Below are positions 50,504 through 62,700 of a DNA stretch of 64,000 nucleotides, piece after piece (the first letter of the stretch is position 1; each line of letters starts with the position of its first letter). The position numbers were made by a program, and so were the translations under genes. This stretch comes from Pirellulales bacterium. Its GTDB lineage: Bacteria; Planctomycetota; Planctomycetia; Pirellulales; PALSA-1355. The DNA is taken from contig CAVTBU010000003.1 in the NCBI GenBank assembly GCA_963733035.1, positions 15,012 through 79,011 of the forward strand, read 5' to 3'. Below the pieces are notes generated by a model. That model worked only from the letters and a program-made list of their open reading frames with translations, ran no database searches and had not been told where the DNA came from.

Positions 50504-50539
50504 AAAAGCGAGCCGGAGTCATTCCGGTTCGCTTTTTTT
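50504..50539. terminator. bidirectional intrinsic terminator
   Basis: AAAAGCGAGCCGGA-gtcat-TCCGGTTCGCTTTTTTT between convergent genes. Confidence 0.85.
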
Positions 50540-50619
50540 GTGGAATCGCTCCGCGGTCTTCGACCGGCGGGCGCCGCACCAGCCGCGGGAGATTTTGCCA
50601 CGCCGGCCGCAGTCGCTTC

Positions 50620-50898
50620 TCAGTCGGATTCGGCGGTTGTCGGGTCGATCACGGCGCGAACCTCAGCGATGCTATTTGCCGGAAAGCCGCCTCGCTGGGC
50701 ATGCTCCTCGATCGCTTGCTTGTCAGGAGCGATGTACACGCAGTAAATCTTGTCGTCGGTCACATAGCTCTGCACCCATTGGATCTGCGGGCCCATGGCA
50801 CGCAGCACGCCACACGAGGTTTGCGAAGCAGCCTCGAGCTCTTGGGGCGAAAGTGAACCTGCCCCTGGCATTTCGCGTTCGATGACAAATTTCGGCAT
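50620..50898 (-). CDS. DUF4242 domain-containing protein
   Basis: 'MPKFVIER..IQWVQSYV..KIYCVYIAP..EHA..GGFPAN'. Confidence 0.9.
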   Translation of the reverse strand: MPKFVIEREMPGAGSLSPQELEAASQTSCGVLRAMGPQIQWVQSYVTDDKIYCVYIAPDKQAIEEHAQRGGFPANSIAEVRAVIDPTTAESD

Positions 50899-51069
50899 GT
50901 TCCTGGCTCCTGAGAGTTCTCTAATAAAGGTTTCCACGCGCCGTTGCGCGGCACAACGATTGTGTGAAAGCTGCCGCGGTAATGCAAACGGCCAGAGGGT
51001 GTGGCGATTCAGAGTTCAATCCATCTGGGATTGTTGAGCCGGGCGAACAGGGTAGCCATAATACACTTC

Positions 51070-52211
51070 ATGCAAAAACCAACTCTCGCGTTTGCCGTCG
51101 TTGTGTTGTTGATGAGTACCGCGCCCATTGCGGCGCAAGAATCGCGGCACGTTACCGTCTATCACCAGCCCGGACGCTTCGGCGGCTGGCCGGCCAATCA
51201 TGGTATGTGGGCCTGGGGCAATGAAATGCTGGTGGGCTTCAGCGCCGGATATTACAAAGACAATGGTCCCGCGCGGCACGCGATCGATCACGACAAGCCG
51301 GAAGAGCATTTGCTGGCCCGCAGCCTCGACGGCGGTGAAACCTGGACCGTCGAGAATCCAGCCGAGAAGGGCGCCCTCATTCCCCGCGGCAAGGCGCTGC
51401 ATGGAACGGAGCTGCCCGGTGTCGCGGACGGGCCCTGGGTCGACTGTCCGGGTGGAATCAACTTTGCCCATCCGGATTTTGCCATGACGCTTCGCATGAG
51501 CGACGCCGACGGCGGCGCTTCGCGGTTCTTTTACTCGCTCGATCGCGGTCATCGCTGGGAAGGACCGTTTCTATTTCCAATGCTGGGGCTGAAAGGAATT
51601 GCTGCCCGCACCGACTACCTGGTGCAAGGCCCCAGCGATTGTCTCGTGTTTCTTACGGCCTCGAAAACGAACGGCAAGGAGGGTCGCCCGTTTTGCGCGC
51701 GGACAGTCGATGGCGGCAAGAGTTGGACGTTTGAAGGTTGGATCGGACCCGAGCCACCCGGCTATTCGATCATGCCCTCGACCGTGCGTTTGGGCGAAGG
51801 CGAACTGTTGTCGGCCGTGCGCGTGCGCCAGGGGGAACCGAGTTGGATCGAGGCGTACTTTTCCGCCGATGATGGCAAGTCCTGGACCCTTCGCAGCACG
51901 CCCGTGCCCGACACGGGTGAAGGGAATCCGGCCGCTATGCTCAAGTTGGCCGATGGCCGCATTTGTATTACCTATGGCGTCCGCAAGCCACCGTTCTACA
52001 TGGCCGCTCGCATGAGCAGCGACGACGGCAAAACGTGGGGTGACGAAATCGTTATTCGACCAGACGGCGGGGGCGCGACCTCGGCTATCCGCGCAGCGTG
52101 CAGCGGCCGGATGGCAAAGTCGTGACGGTCTACTATTGGAATCACGATCCCAATGAAACGCGCTATATCGACGCGACGATTTGGGATCCGGGCCAATCAT
52201 CGAGTGAGTGA
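51070..52211 (+). CDS. secreted BNR/Asp-box (sialidase-like) protein (frameshift near 52070)
   Basis: Repeated S.DGG.TW boxes; the C-terminus 'DLGYPRSVQRPDGKVVTVYY' lies in the shifted frame and ends at TGA 52209-52211. Confidence 0.85.
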
Positions 52212-52687
52212 TGAGCGAAGTTTTGCGGGCGGTTCGCGACTTGCTCAATTCCGCCGGCGTTGCCTTCGTCGAAAAGCAGCACCAACCAACGTTCACTTCC
52301 GAGGAGTCGGCGCTGGCACGCGGCGAACCGCTGGGGATTGGCGCGAAGGCCCTGGTCGTGAAGACCGACGACGTGTTTCGACTGTTTGTGCTGCCAGCCG
52401 ACCGCAAGCTTGATTCGTCGGCCGTCAAACGCCAGTTGGGCATCAAGAAGATGCGTTTTGCCGACGCCGCGGAACTGCTTGAGTTGACCGGCCTCGTGCC
52501 CGGCAGCGTGCCGCCGTTTGGTCCCCCCGTGCTTGAGCTGCCGTTGTGCGCCGACCCGGCACTGTTAGAGCACGAAAAGGTCGCCTTCAACGCCGGCACT
52601 CTTACCGACTCGGTCATCATGGCTTCGGCCGACTATCAGCGAGTGGCCGGTGCCCAATGGTTGCGACTGGCGGTTCAAGGCCCGTGA
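52211..52687 (+). CDS. YbaK/ProX aminoacyl-tRNA editing domain protein
   Basis: 'GAKALV', 'GSVPPFG', 'FNAG..S'. Confidence 0.88.
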   Translation: MSEVLRAVRDLLNSAGVAFVEKQHQPTFTSEESALARGEPLGIGAKALVVKTDDVFRLFVLPADRKLDSSAVKRQLGIKKMRFADAAELLELTGLVPGSVPPFGPPVLELPLCADPALLEHEKVAFNAGTLTDSVIMASADYQRVAGAQWLRLAVQGP

Positions 52688-52927
52688 CTCGCCGCGTGCG
52701 GTGGAAGTGCGGCCATCGGCCCCGAGGCACGCGGTCGCCCGCACTTGCCGATTTCGCCGCAATGTTGTTCTGCGCGTGCCCTGAGACGCCGGTGGTGGCA
52801 CGTCGACGGCAAATATGTGCCAACAATTTTTGTCCGGTTCGGCGAAATCGACGCCCTAAGGGGAGTAAGGGAGCGGCGAACGTGCGGAGATGGGGTATTT
52901 TCAGCTCGTTCCCTTAGTAAACAATGT

Positions 52928-52954
52928 TTGTCTGGACAAGTGTTGTCCGGATAA
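52928..52954. promoter_or_regulatory. tandem palindromic operator-like sites
   Basis: TTGTCTGGACAA (52928-52939) and TTGTCCGGATAA (52943-52954), 80 bp upstream of the halogenase-like gene. Confidence 0.55.
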
Positions 52955-53034
52955 TTAATCTGGCATTACATGGCGACAGTCGTGGCGCGCACCCTGTAAG
53001 CCTTTGGCCCAATTTGGCTTAAGCCGAGGATTCC

Positions 53035-54285
<1,251 letters not shown>

Positions 54286-54294
54286 GCGCGATTG

Positions 54295-56886
54295 CTACCC
54301 GCGGTTGAGGCGAGCCTGCTGTTCTTGCAGCCATTGCAGGGCCGCGATCGGTGTTGTTTGGTCGAGGTCGAGGCGGCGCAGTTCGTCGAGCAGCGGAGGT
54401 TCCTCGGCCGCGAACAACGTAAGTTGCAGGTCGGAGGTCTTGATGCGGCGACTGCGGCGCGTTCCCTGGGCGCGACCGGTGGAATCGACTTGATCATTTT
54501 CGAGCTGCGCCAGAATCTGCTTGGCTCGCTCGACGACTGGGGCCGGCACGCCCGCCAGTCGGGCGACGTGAATTCCGTAGCTTTTGTCGGCCGCGCCGGG
54601 CAGAATCTTGTGCAGAAAGATGACCTGGTCCTGCCACTCGCGCACGGCAACATTGTAGTTTCGCATGCCGGCCAGCGAACCGGCCAGGGTCGTGAGTTCG
54701 TGATAGTGCGTGGCGAAGAGAGTCCGGCAGCCGATATGATCGTGCAAGTGCTCGACCACGGACCAGGCCAATGACAGGCCATCGTAAGTGCTCGTGCCGC
54801 GGCCGATCTCGTCGAGGATGACCAGGCTTCGGTGCGTCGCGGAGTTTAGAATTCGCGCCGTCTCGATCATCTCGACCATGAACGTACTCTGGCCGCGGGC
54901 CAATTCGTCGCTGGCTCCCACGCGGGCAAAAATGCGGTCGGCCACGCCGATGGTTGCTTGTTTGGCCGGAACGAAGCTGCCCATCTGGGCCATCAGTGTG
55001 ATCAGCGCCACCTGTCGAATGTACGTGCTCTTGCCGGCCATGTTCGGTCCGGTAATCAGCAGCGAGAAGCCGTGCTCGGCGTCGCATTGCACATCATTGG
55101 GCACGAAGGTTCCTGCGGCCAGCATGGCGTCGAGGACCGGATGCCGTCCTTCGGCGATGTCGAGCACCGGATCGGCCGAGATGGCAGGACGGCAGTAGCC
55201 ACGGTGCCGGGCCAACTCCGCCAGTCCCACGAGCACGTCGAGCCGTGCCAGAACCGCGGCCACCTGCTGCAGGCGGATTGCCTGGCCGGCCAGAAACTCG
55301 CGGAGTTCGAGGAAGATCGTGTACTCGAGTTCCTGCGCCTTTTCGTCGGCCGACAAGACGCGCTCTTCGTATTCTTTGAGCTCGGGCGTGATATAGCGCT
55401 CGGCATTCTTGACGGTTTGCTTGCGAATGTAGTCGGCGGGAATCTTATTGCCGTGCGTGTTGGTGATCTCCAGGTAGTAGCCAAAAACCTTGTTGAAGCC
55501 GACCTTGAGGTTGGGAATTCCCAACCGTTCCGCCTGTTCGGCCTGATAGCGCGCGATCCACTGCTTGCCGCCGCTGGTCAAGTCGCGGAGTGCATCGAGC
55601 TGGCTCGAGAATCCATTGCGAATGAAACCGCCGTCACGGCTGACCAGCGGGCACTCGTCGGCAAGCGCGCTTTCCAAGCGAGCACGAACGTCGCCGCAGA
55701 GATCAAGCTGCTCGTCGAGTTGTTGCAGCAGCGGGCTTTTGCGGGCAGTGATCTTGGCCTTGATTTGGGGAAGCTTGCCGAGCGTGCGGCCGATGAAGCT
55801 CAAATCGCGGGGGCTCGAGCGGCCAGTGGTTACGCGGGCCAGCAAACGTTCAAGATCGTAGATGCCGCGCAGTTGCTCGCCCAACGACGTACACAGCGAG
55901 CTGTCGGCGACCAACTCGGCCACGGCGTCGAGCCGCTCATTGATGCGATCGACGGCAGTCAGTGGATTCGCAAGCCAATCGGCCAACAACCTCGAACCCA
56001 TCGAGGTGACGGTGCGGTCCATGACGCCTAGCAGCGAGTTTTCGCGCCGCGCCTCGCGGAGCGTGGCGGTAATTTCCAGACTACGTCGCGTCGCGGCGTC
56101 GATTTCCAGTGCTTCGCCTGCCGAATAACGCAACAGGCGATCGATATGGCCCAGGGATGCCTTTTGAGTTTCCTGCAAGTAGCCGAGGACGGCGCCTGCG
56201 GCACGCACGGCGGGGCCATCGTCGTCACCAAAGCCAAATCCCTCCAGGTTGGCCGTGCCAAAGTGTGAGACCAATGTTGCGTGCGACGTGGCCGCGGCAA
56301 ACGCCCAATCGGGACGACGCGTGACCAGCGGACCACCGCCGGGAACGCCGGACGGCAATTGCGTTTCGTCGGCGGCCAGGCACTCGGCCGGGGCAATGCG
56401 GGCCAACTCGTCGTCGACGCGCGCGGGCGGAAAACAAGCCGCGTGGAAACGACCGGTCGAAAGCTCCACCCAGGCCAGTCCCACGGCTTCTCCGTCGGGC
56501 ACGACGGCGGCCAGGTAGTTGCTCGTACGCGGATCCAGCAGGGCATCGTCGGTCACGGTGCCGGCGGTAACCACGCGAGTCACTTCGCGCCGTACGAGCC
56601 CCTTGGCGGCTTTGGCGTCCTCGACCTGATCGCAAATCGCCACCCGGAAACCGGCAGCGATCAGTTTTCCCAGGTAGCTTTCAAGCTGATGGTGCGGAAA
56701 GCCCGCCATCGGCGTAGCATTCTCGCCCTTGTCTCGGCTCGTGAGGGCCAAGTTAAGCACCCGGGCCGCGGTCTTTGCGTCCTCATGAAACAACTCGTAA
56801 AAGTCACCCATGCGGAACAGCAATAGCGCATCGGGACACGCGGCTTTTGCGTCCTGATACTGCTTCATCATCGGTGAGATGGTCAT
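54295..56886 (-). CDS. mutS: DNA mismatch repair protein MutS
   Basis: 'SPMMKQY', 'GDFYELF', 'TGPNMAGKST', 'STFMVEM', 'DEIGRGT'. Confidence 0.97.
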   Translation of the reverse strand: MTISPMMKQYQDAKAACPDALLLFRMGDFYELFHEDAKTAARVLNLALTSRDKGENATPMAGFPHHQLESYLGKLIAAGFRVAICDQVEDAKAAKGLVRREVTRVVTAGTVTDDALLDPRTSNYLAAVVPDGEAVGLAWVELSTGRFHAACFPPARVDDELARIAPAECLAADETQLPSGVPGGGPLVTRRPDWAFAAATSHATLVSHFGTANLEGFGFGDDDGPAVRAAGAVLGYLQETQKASLGHIDRLLRYSAGEALEIDAATRRSLEITATLREARRENSLLGVMDRTVTSMGSRLLADWLANPLTAVDRINERLDAVAELVADSSLCTSLGEQLRGIYDLERLLARVTTGRSSPRDLSFIGRTLGKLPQIKAKITARKSPLLQQLDEQLDLCGDVRARLESALADECPLVSRDGGFIRNGFSSQLDALRDLTSGGKQWIARYQAEQAERLGIPNLKVGFNKVFGYYLEITNTHGNKIPADYIRKQTVKNAERYITPELKEYEERVLSADEKAQELEYTIFLELREFLAGQAIRLQQVAAVLARLDVLVGLAELARHRGYCRPAISADPVLDIAEGRHPVLDAMLAAGTFVPNDVQCDAEHGFSLLITGPNMAGKSTYIRQVALITLMAQMGSFVPAKQATIGVADRIFARVGASDELARGQSTFMVEMIETARILNSATHRSLVILDEIGRGTSTYDGLSLAWSVVEHLHDHIGCRTLFATHYHELTTLAGSLAGMRNYNVAVREWQDQVIFLHKILPGAADKSYGIHVARLAGVPAPVVERAKQILAQLENDQVDSTGRAQGTRRSRRIKTSDLQLTLFAAEEPPLLDELRRLDLDQTTPIAALQWLQEQQARLNRG

Positions 56887-57088
56887 CCGCGCGATCGCTC
56901 GGGGGTTCGCAGCGCATGCTAGCAAACACCAGCACCGAGCGGGAGGGGGCGTGGCGTGGCGACGGCACTGCCGCAATGCGATCCGGTCGCGAAAGCGGAC
57001 ACGAGTAGAGAGCCGTCGCGGATGGGCGGCGGTCGTTGCGAGCGGTGTGCCGCGGACGGCGAAAGTTTCACGACGCCGGCACGCGACG

Positions 57089-57994
57089 TCAACGATCGTC
57101 CTGCCGGAGTGTCGCAGGCCGCGCATCGGCCGACAGGTCCAAATAGGGCATCCGCTGTTCGTGTGGAGTGTTGAAGTCGATCAACTTTCGATCGGGTAGC
57201 GAATCGATGGGCACATTGCGAATCAGAAATAGTCGGATGCCAAAGTTTCGGATTTCAACTTTTGTTCCATCCGCCAGTTCGAGAGTCATAAGGTTTTCGT
57301 ACGCTGGCGAAGGAGGATTGAGCAATTGTGAGCAACCCGGTTCGCACCAGGCCGGGCCGATGGGACCGATGCGCTCGATCGCCGACGCCTTCTTGTTGCG
57401 CAGATTTGCGAACGCATGGGCGAAGCCCGGAAAGTACTGGCGGTAGTTGTTCCAGGCCCAGCTTTGGAGATCGACGGCGGCCAGATTCGTGCGTTCGGCG
57501 TCGGTCAGGAGCACGTCGAGCGGCGCGGTCCGATAACCCGGTTCGGCCGCGCGCCGCATATCGATCTGTTGGACCACCTGCAGCATGCCGCGCACGCTGG
57601 CTGGAAAGATCGTGTGGTTGCCAATGGGAAACAGCACCGCCGAGACCCCCTGGCCGTCGTGAATTGCGCCGCCAGACTTGTACACTGCTTCGCTGGCGGT
57701 ATACCCGCGCACCTCTTCATAGTCGGCGACAAACGTATAGTCCTCGACCGGCCCGCCCAGCATTTTCAGGTGATCGATGCGCAATTCAGGATTCGCCGGA
57801 TCATAGGGCACCATCCGCACCAGCCACCGGGTGGGCTTGTTGGCCTTGAGGTTCTCGAAGGCCTGCTGGGTCGGCATCGGGGCAGGCAGCGAAGAGATTT
57901 CCCCCGCCACGCAGAACTGCGCCGCGAGCGCCATTCCGACCAAACAGCAATGGAACCTATCTCGTCTCACGAATGGACGTGCTCCGAACGACAA
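57089..57994 (-). CDS. hypothetical protein, possibly secreted
   Basis: 301-aa ORF with a signal-like hydrophobic segment near the N-terminus; no recognisable family; start uncertain. Confidence 0.65.
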   Translation of the reverse strand: MSFGARPFVRRDRFHCCLVGMALAAQFCVAGEISSLPAPMPTQQAFENLKANKPTRWLVRMVPYDPANPELRIDHLKMLGGPVEDYTFVADYEEVRGYTASEAVYKSGGAIHDGQGVSAVLFPIGNHTIFPASVRGMLQVVQQIDMRRAAEPGYRTAPLDVLLTDAERTNLAAVDLQSWAWNNYRQYFPGFAHAFANLRNKKASAIERIGPIGPAWCEPGCSQLLNPPSPAYENLMTLELADGTKVEIRNFGIRLFLIRNVPIDSLPDRKLIDFNTPHEQRMPYLDLSADARPATLRQDDR

Positions 57995-58252
57995 TTGGGA
58001 AGCCGCATTTTCAGTTTAGCCTATTGGGGGTGGCCCGAAGCGGGGCCGAATTTGCCACGGAAGTACGCGGTGATTTTTGCCAGAATCTTCTTGTCGGCGG
58101 CGACGTAGCGGCATTTCTGGCGTTCGGCCAGGCCATGAGAGTTGCTGCCGGCGGCAGCTTGGCAAGGGGTGCTTGCATGACTATATTAAATCCCAGACAG
58201 GTTTAGGCGGCCTGCAAGTTTGGTTTTTTAGCCCTTTCATGCAAAGTCGTCT

Positions 58253-59641
58253 ATGAAACTGTCTTTCTTTTTGCGCCCTCTCGATCGCTATCGTCCCCAG
58301 GTTTTTCAGGTCGTTGTTGTCGCCGTGATGTTTGCCATCGGCGTGTGGGGCCATAGGAGCCATTGGCAATTCACGCCCCACGCACACGCCGACTTTGCAG
58401 GCAACGAACAGGGGCCCGGTGACGCCAAACCCAGTTCCGCCCTCGTGGAGGGTGCCAAATCCGGTGCCGTGGACGCGCCAGACGCGTCCCTTATCGAGTT
58501 TCCGACGCCCGAGTCGGTTGAGGAGTTGGGGGTCAGAACGCTAAGAGTGGTGCAGCGCCCGGTATCGCGCGAAGTAACGGCGGCCGGCGTGGTCACGTAC
58601 GAACCGACTCGCTTGGCCCAGCTATCGGCGCACGTGGCCGGTACCGTGTGGCGCGTCGAGAAACAAGTTGGCCAGACGATTCGCGCCGGCGACGTGTTGG
58701 CGATCATCGATGCTCCGGCCGTCGGCGATGCCAAGGCGGACTTTCTGCATTCGATTGCCGACGTCCAGATGTGTGAAATTGCCGCCGACCGCCTGAGGGG
58801 CTTTGCGAAGGGGGAAGTGCCCTATCGCCAAATCCAAGAGGCGGAAACGGCGCTCCGCAAGGCCCGGGTCGACCGGTTCAACGCCCAGCAAGCGTTGATT
58901 AGCCTTGGTCTGCCGATCAATCTTGACGAGTGGCAAGCCCTATCGGAGGACGAGTTGCAGCGCAGGATCAAGTTTCTCGGGCTGCCTCCTTCGCTCGTTT
59001 CGCAACTCGATCCGAATTCCACGACGGCCACGCTGCTGCCCCTGGTGGCACCGTTCGACGGTATCGTAATCGGCCGTGAGCTTAGCAAGGGTGAGGTTGT
59101 TTCGCCTGGAAATGGGCACTTTGAAATCGCCGACGTCAGCAAGATGTGGATCGTCTTGCACGTGCGCGAGCAGGACGTTGACGACCTGCAGCTGGGGCAG
59201 ACCGTCACCTTCCGTTCCGGCAGCGCGTCGGCTACCGGCGCGGTCTCGTGGATGAGCACCGCCGTTGATGAAAAAACCCGTACCGTCGAGGTGCGCTGTG
59301 AAACTCCCAACCCCGAGATTGCCGACGCCGAGGGGAAATCGACCGGCAAACGCCTGTTGAGGGCGAATCTATTTGGCGTGGGTTCGATACAAGTGAGCCG
59401 GAGCCAGTCGGCCTTGGTTGTTCCGACCAAAGCCGTGCAGCGCAGCGCGTTCGGGCCGATTGTGTTTGTTCCGCGGGGTCCCAAGACATTTGCCGTGCAG
59501 CCGATTCAGTCGGGCGTGGTCAATACCGACGACACCGAAATCGTGGCAGGCCTGACGCTGGCCGATTCGGTCGTCGTCGATGGTAGCCACATCCTCAAAG
59601 CGGAACTGCAGCGGTTGAGCGCGGCGGAACAATCTCCGTGA
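58253..59641 (+). CDS. RND efflux periplasmic adaptor (CzcB-like)
   Basis: N-terminal TM, 'G.V..V...G..I.AGD.L', 'APFDG.V', 'IAD.S.MW', 'VDEKTRT'. Confidence 0.9.
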   Translation: MKLSFFLRPLDRYRPQVFQVVVVAVMFAIGVWGHRSHWQFTPHAHADFAGNEQGPGDAKPSSALVEGAKSGAVDAPDASLIEFPTPESVEELGVRTLRVVQRPVSREVTAAGVVTYEPTRLAQLSAHVAGTVWRVEKQVGQTIRAGDVLAIIDAPAVGDAKADFLHSIADVQMCEIAADRLRGFAKGEVPYRQIQEAETALRKARVDRFNAQQALISLGLPINLDEWQALSEDELQRRIKFLGLPPSLVSQLDPNSTTATLLPLVAPFDGIVIGRELSKGEVVSPGNGHFEIADVSKMWIVLHVREQDVDDLQLGQTVTFRSGSASATGAVSWMSTAVDEKTRTVEVRCETPNPEIADAEGKSTGKRLLRANLFGVGSIQVSRSQSALVVPTKAVQRSAFGPIVFVPRGPKTFAVQPIQSGVVNTDDTEIVAGLTLADSVVVDGSHILKAELQRLSAAEQSP

Positions 59642-59787
59642 TGCATGTTGTCGCGCTGGGCGACGCCAATACAGTACAAACATAGTGAACGAGATAAGTC
59701 GGGCGAGTCTGGCGGCCTCCCGACAGATTTGAAAGAACCCTTTCGCGGCTGCCACCGTGCAGCCCTTCACTCCGACTTTCGATCCCC

Positions 59788-62700
59788 ATGGCCGCCCGCA
59801 TCATCATCTGGTCGCTTAACTATCGTTGGTTGGTGGTCGCGATCGCAATCGTCTTTGCCATTGTCGGAGTCTTTTCCGGTCGGTCGTTGAATTTCGACGC
59901 CTTTCCGGACACGACGCCCGTTCAAGTGCAGATCAATACGCCGGCTCCGGCCCTGGTGCCCGAAGAGATCGAGCGGCTGATCACGTTTCCGGTGGAACTC
60001 GCGATTAGTGGCATGGCGGGCTTGGAGCAGGTGCGCTCGGTCTCGCAATTTGGCGCGTCGGCGGTGATCGCCACCTTTCGCGATGGGACCGACGTCTATC
60101 GCGCGCGACAGCAAATTAATGAGCGGCTGAGCACGGTCGAAGTGCCCGAGGGCATCGAGCGACCGACGATGGGGCCGGTTGCCACGGGTTTGGGAGAAGT
60201 TTTTCAATACACCCTTACCAGCCGCACGCTCGATGCGACAGAGCTGCGCACGCTGCACGACTGGGTGATCAAGCCCAAGATGCGGGCGGTGAGCGGTGTT
60301 GCAGAGGTCAACTCCTGGGGCGGCCTGGAGAAGGAATATCAGGTACGCATTGATCCGACGAAGTTACTGCGTCATGAAGTTTCGTTCGACGAAGTCGTGG
60401 ATGCGGTTCGTGAGAACAACCTGAACGTTGGGGGCGGCAACATCAACGAAAACGCCACCGGCGAGATGTTGCTCGTGCAGGGCGTGGGCCGGACGTCCAG
60501 CGTCGACCAGATCGCGAACATCGTCGTTACCGCCAAGCAGGGCGTGCCGATCCGCGTGGCCGACGTGGCCGACGTCGTGATCGGTCACCAGTTGCGCAAA
60601 GGGGCCGTGACCGCCAACGGACAAGGCGAGGTGGTGCTGGGACTCGGGTTCATGCTGATGGGCGAGAACAGCTATGCCGTGACCCATCGTCTGAAAGACA
60701 AAATGGAACAAGTCAAGCAGACGCTGCCTGCCGGGGTCGAAGTCGCCACGGTGTATGACCGCACGCGGCTGGTCGACCAGGTGATTGCCACGGTGCGGGC
60801 TAACCTGTTCGACGGGGCACTGCTGGTTACGGCCATCGTGTTTATCTTTCTGGGCAACCTGCGGGCCGGGCTGATTGTGGCGCTGGCGATACCGTTCTCG
60901 ATGCTGTTTGCTTTTTCCGGCATGCTGCAACTGGGCATCGCCGGAACTCTCCTGAGTTTGGGGGCGATTGACTTTGGCATCGTGGTGGATAGTTCGCTGG
61001 TCGTGATTGAGAGCATTCTGCGGCGAATCGCCCATTTGGGCGACAACGATCCGGCGCTGGTCCGCGACGCCACGATCGAAGTGCGGCAGCCCACGACGTT
61101 TGGGCAATTGATCATCATGATCGTCTACCTGCCGATTCTCAGTTTGCAAGGGGTCGAAGGCCGCATGTTCCGGCCGATGGCCTTGACGGTTATCCTGGTG
61201 CTGATTGGCTCGTTGATTTTGTCTCTGACGCTGATGCCCGTCTTGGCGAGCTTCCTGTTGCCGCGACGCATCGAAGAAAAAGATCCGTTGATCGTGCGGT
61301 TGGCAAAGCGGATCTATCAGCCACTGTTGGGTGCAGCGCTCAAGTCAAAACTTGCGGTGCTAGGTTTCGCTACCGGCGGACTCGCGACGGCGGTCTATTT
61401 GGCGATGGGGCTGGGAACCGAGTTCGTGCCTCGACTGTCAGAGGGCGACGTCGTGGTTGGCGTCCTGCGACCGGCCGGAACCCACTTGTCCGAGGCGATC
61501 GCCATTAACACCCGCATGGAGCGTCTGCTGCTCGAACACTTCCCGGACGAAGTCGATCACTTGTGGTGCCGTATGGGTGCGCCCGAGGTTGCTACGGACG
61601 CGGGCGACGTGCAGATATCAGAGATCTTCGTGTCGCTCAAGCCGCGCGAACAATGGAGCAAGGCCCAATCGCAGGCCGAACTGATGGGGCTGATGAACGG
61701 GGTTATCGGCCGATTTCCGGGCCAGACCGTGTGGCTTACCCAGCCAATCGAGCAGCGCATCAATGAGATGGTTTCCGGCGTCCGAGCGGACGTGGCCCTA
61801 AAGCTATTCGGCGACGACATCGACACGCTGGTGGCCAAGGGACGCGAACTCGAAAAGGCGTTGGGCTCGGTGCCTGGCTGTGTCGATCTGGCGACCGAGC
61901 AGATCAAGGGGCAGCCAATCCTGCAGATCAAAGTCGACCAGGACAGCATCGCGCGATATGGCCTCTCGGCGCGGACCGTGCTCGACCTGGTGGAGTCGGT
62001 GTCGAGCAAACCGCTGGGGGAAGTCATCGAAGGGCAACTTCGCTTTCCGCTTTCGGCCCGCTTGCCCGAATCGATGCGTGACAGTCCGGAGACAATAGCC
62101 AACATCATGATGTTGACGCCAACTCGCGAACAGTTGCCGCTGTCGATGCTGGCCGATGTGAAGCGTGCCGAGGGGCCGAAAATGATTTCGCGCGAATGGA
62201 GTAAGCGGCGGATCACCGTGCAATGCAATGTGCGCGGACGGGACATCGGCAGTTTCATTGCCGAGGCCCAACAGCGCGTGTCCAACGGCGTGCAGCTTCC
62301 CTACGGCTATTCGATCGAATGGGGCGGCCAGTTCGAAAACATGCAGCGGGCGCAACAGCGGTTGGCGGTGGTGGTGCCCTTGGCGCTGCTGTTGATCATC
62401 TTGCTGTTGTACGTGACGTACAAGAATGTCACGGACACGCTGTGCGTGTTCACCAGCGTGCCGCTGGCCTGTATCGGTGGCATTGGACTGCTTTGGCTGC
62501 GGGAAATGCCTATCTCGATTTCCGCGGCGGTCGGATTCATTACGCTTTCGGGCGTCTCGGTGCTGAATAGCATGGTCTTTGTTTCGGCGCTGCGAGACCT
62601 GCTGCGGCAAGGCGTGGATCCAGGCGAGGCGATCTCGACTGCCGCGATGACGCGTCTCCGCACTGTGATGATGACCGCGCTGGTGGCCAGCGTTGGGTTC

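Noticed and set aside
9730-52080. Eight frameshifted genes (lolC/E copy 2, tyrA, hflX, GT-C-like, GT2, ABC permease, aroA, BNR protein) as programmed frameshifting, phase variation or genome decay
   Set aside because: Each has a single 1-2 nt indel, mostly in short C/G or GC runs. There are no slippery heptamers and no further decay, and housekeeping genes are affected. This is typical of long-read consensus error; read mapping would confirm it.
56887-57126. 80-aa N-terminal extension of MutS in the ORF track (similar extensions on PurL, LysS and the flippase)
   Set aside because: Family homology begins at downstream start codons; the extensions are artefacts of longest-ORF calling.
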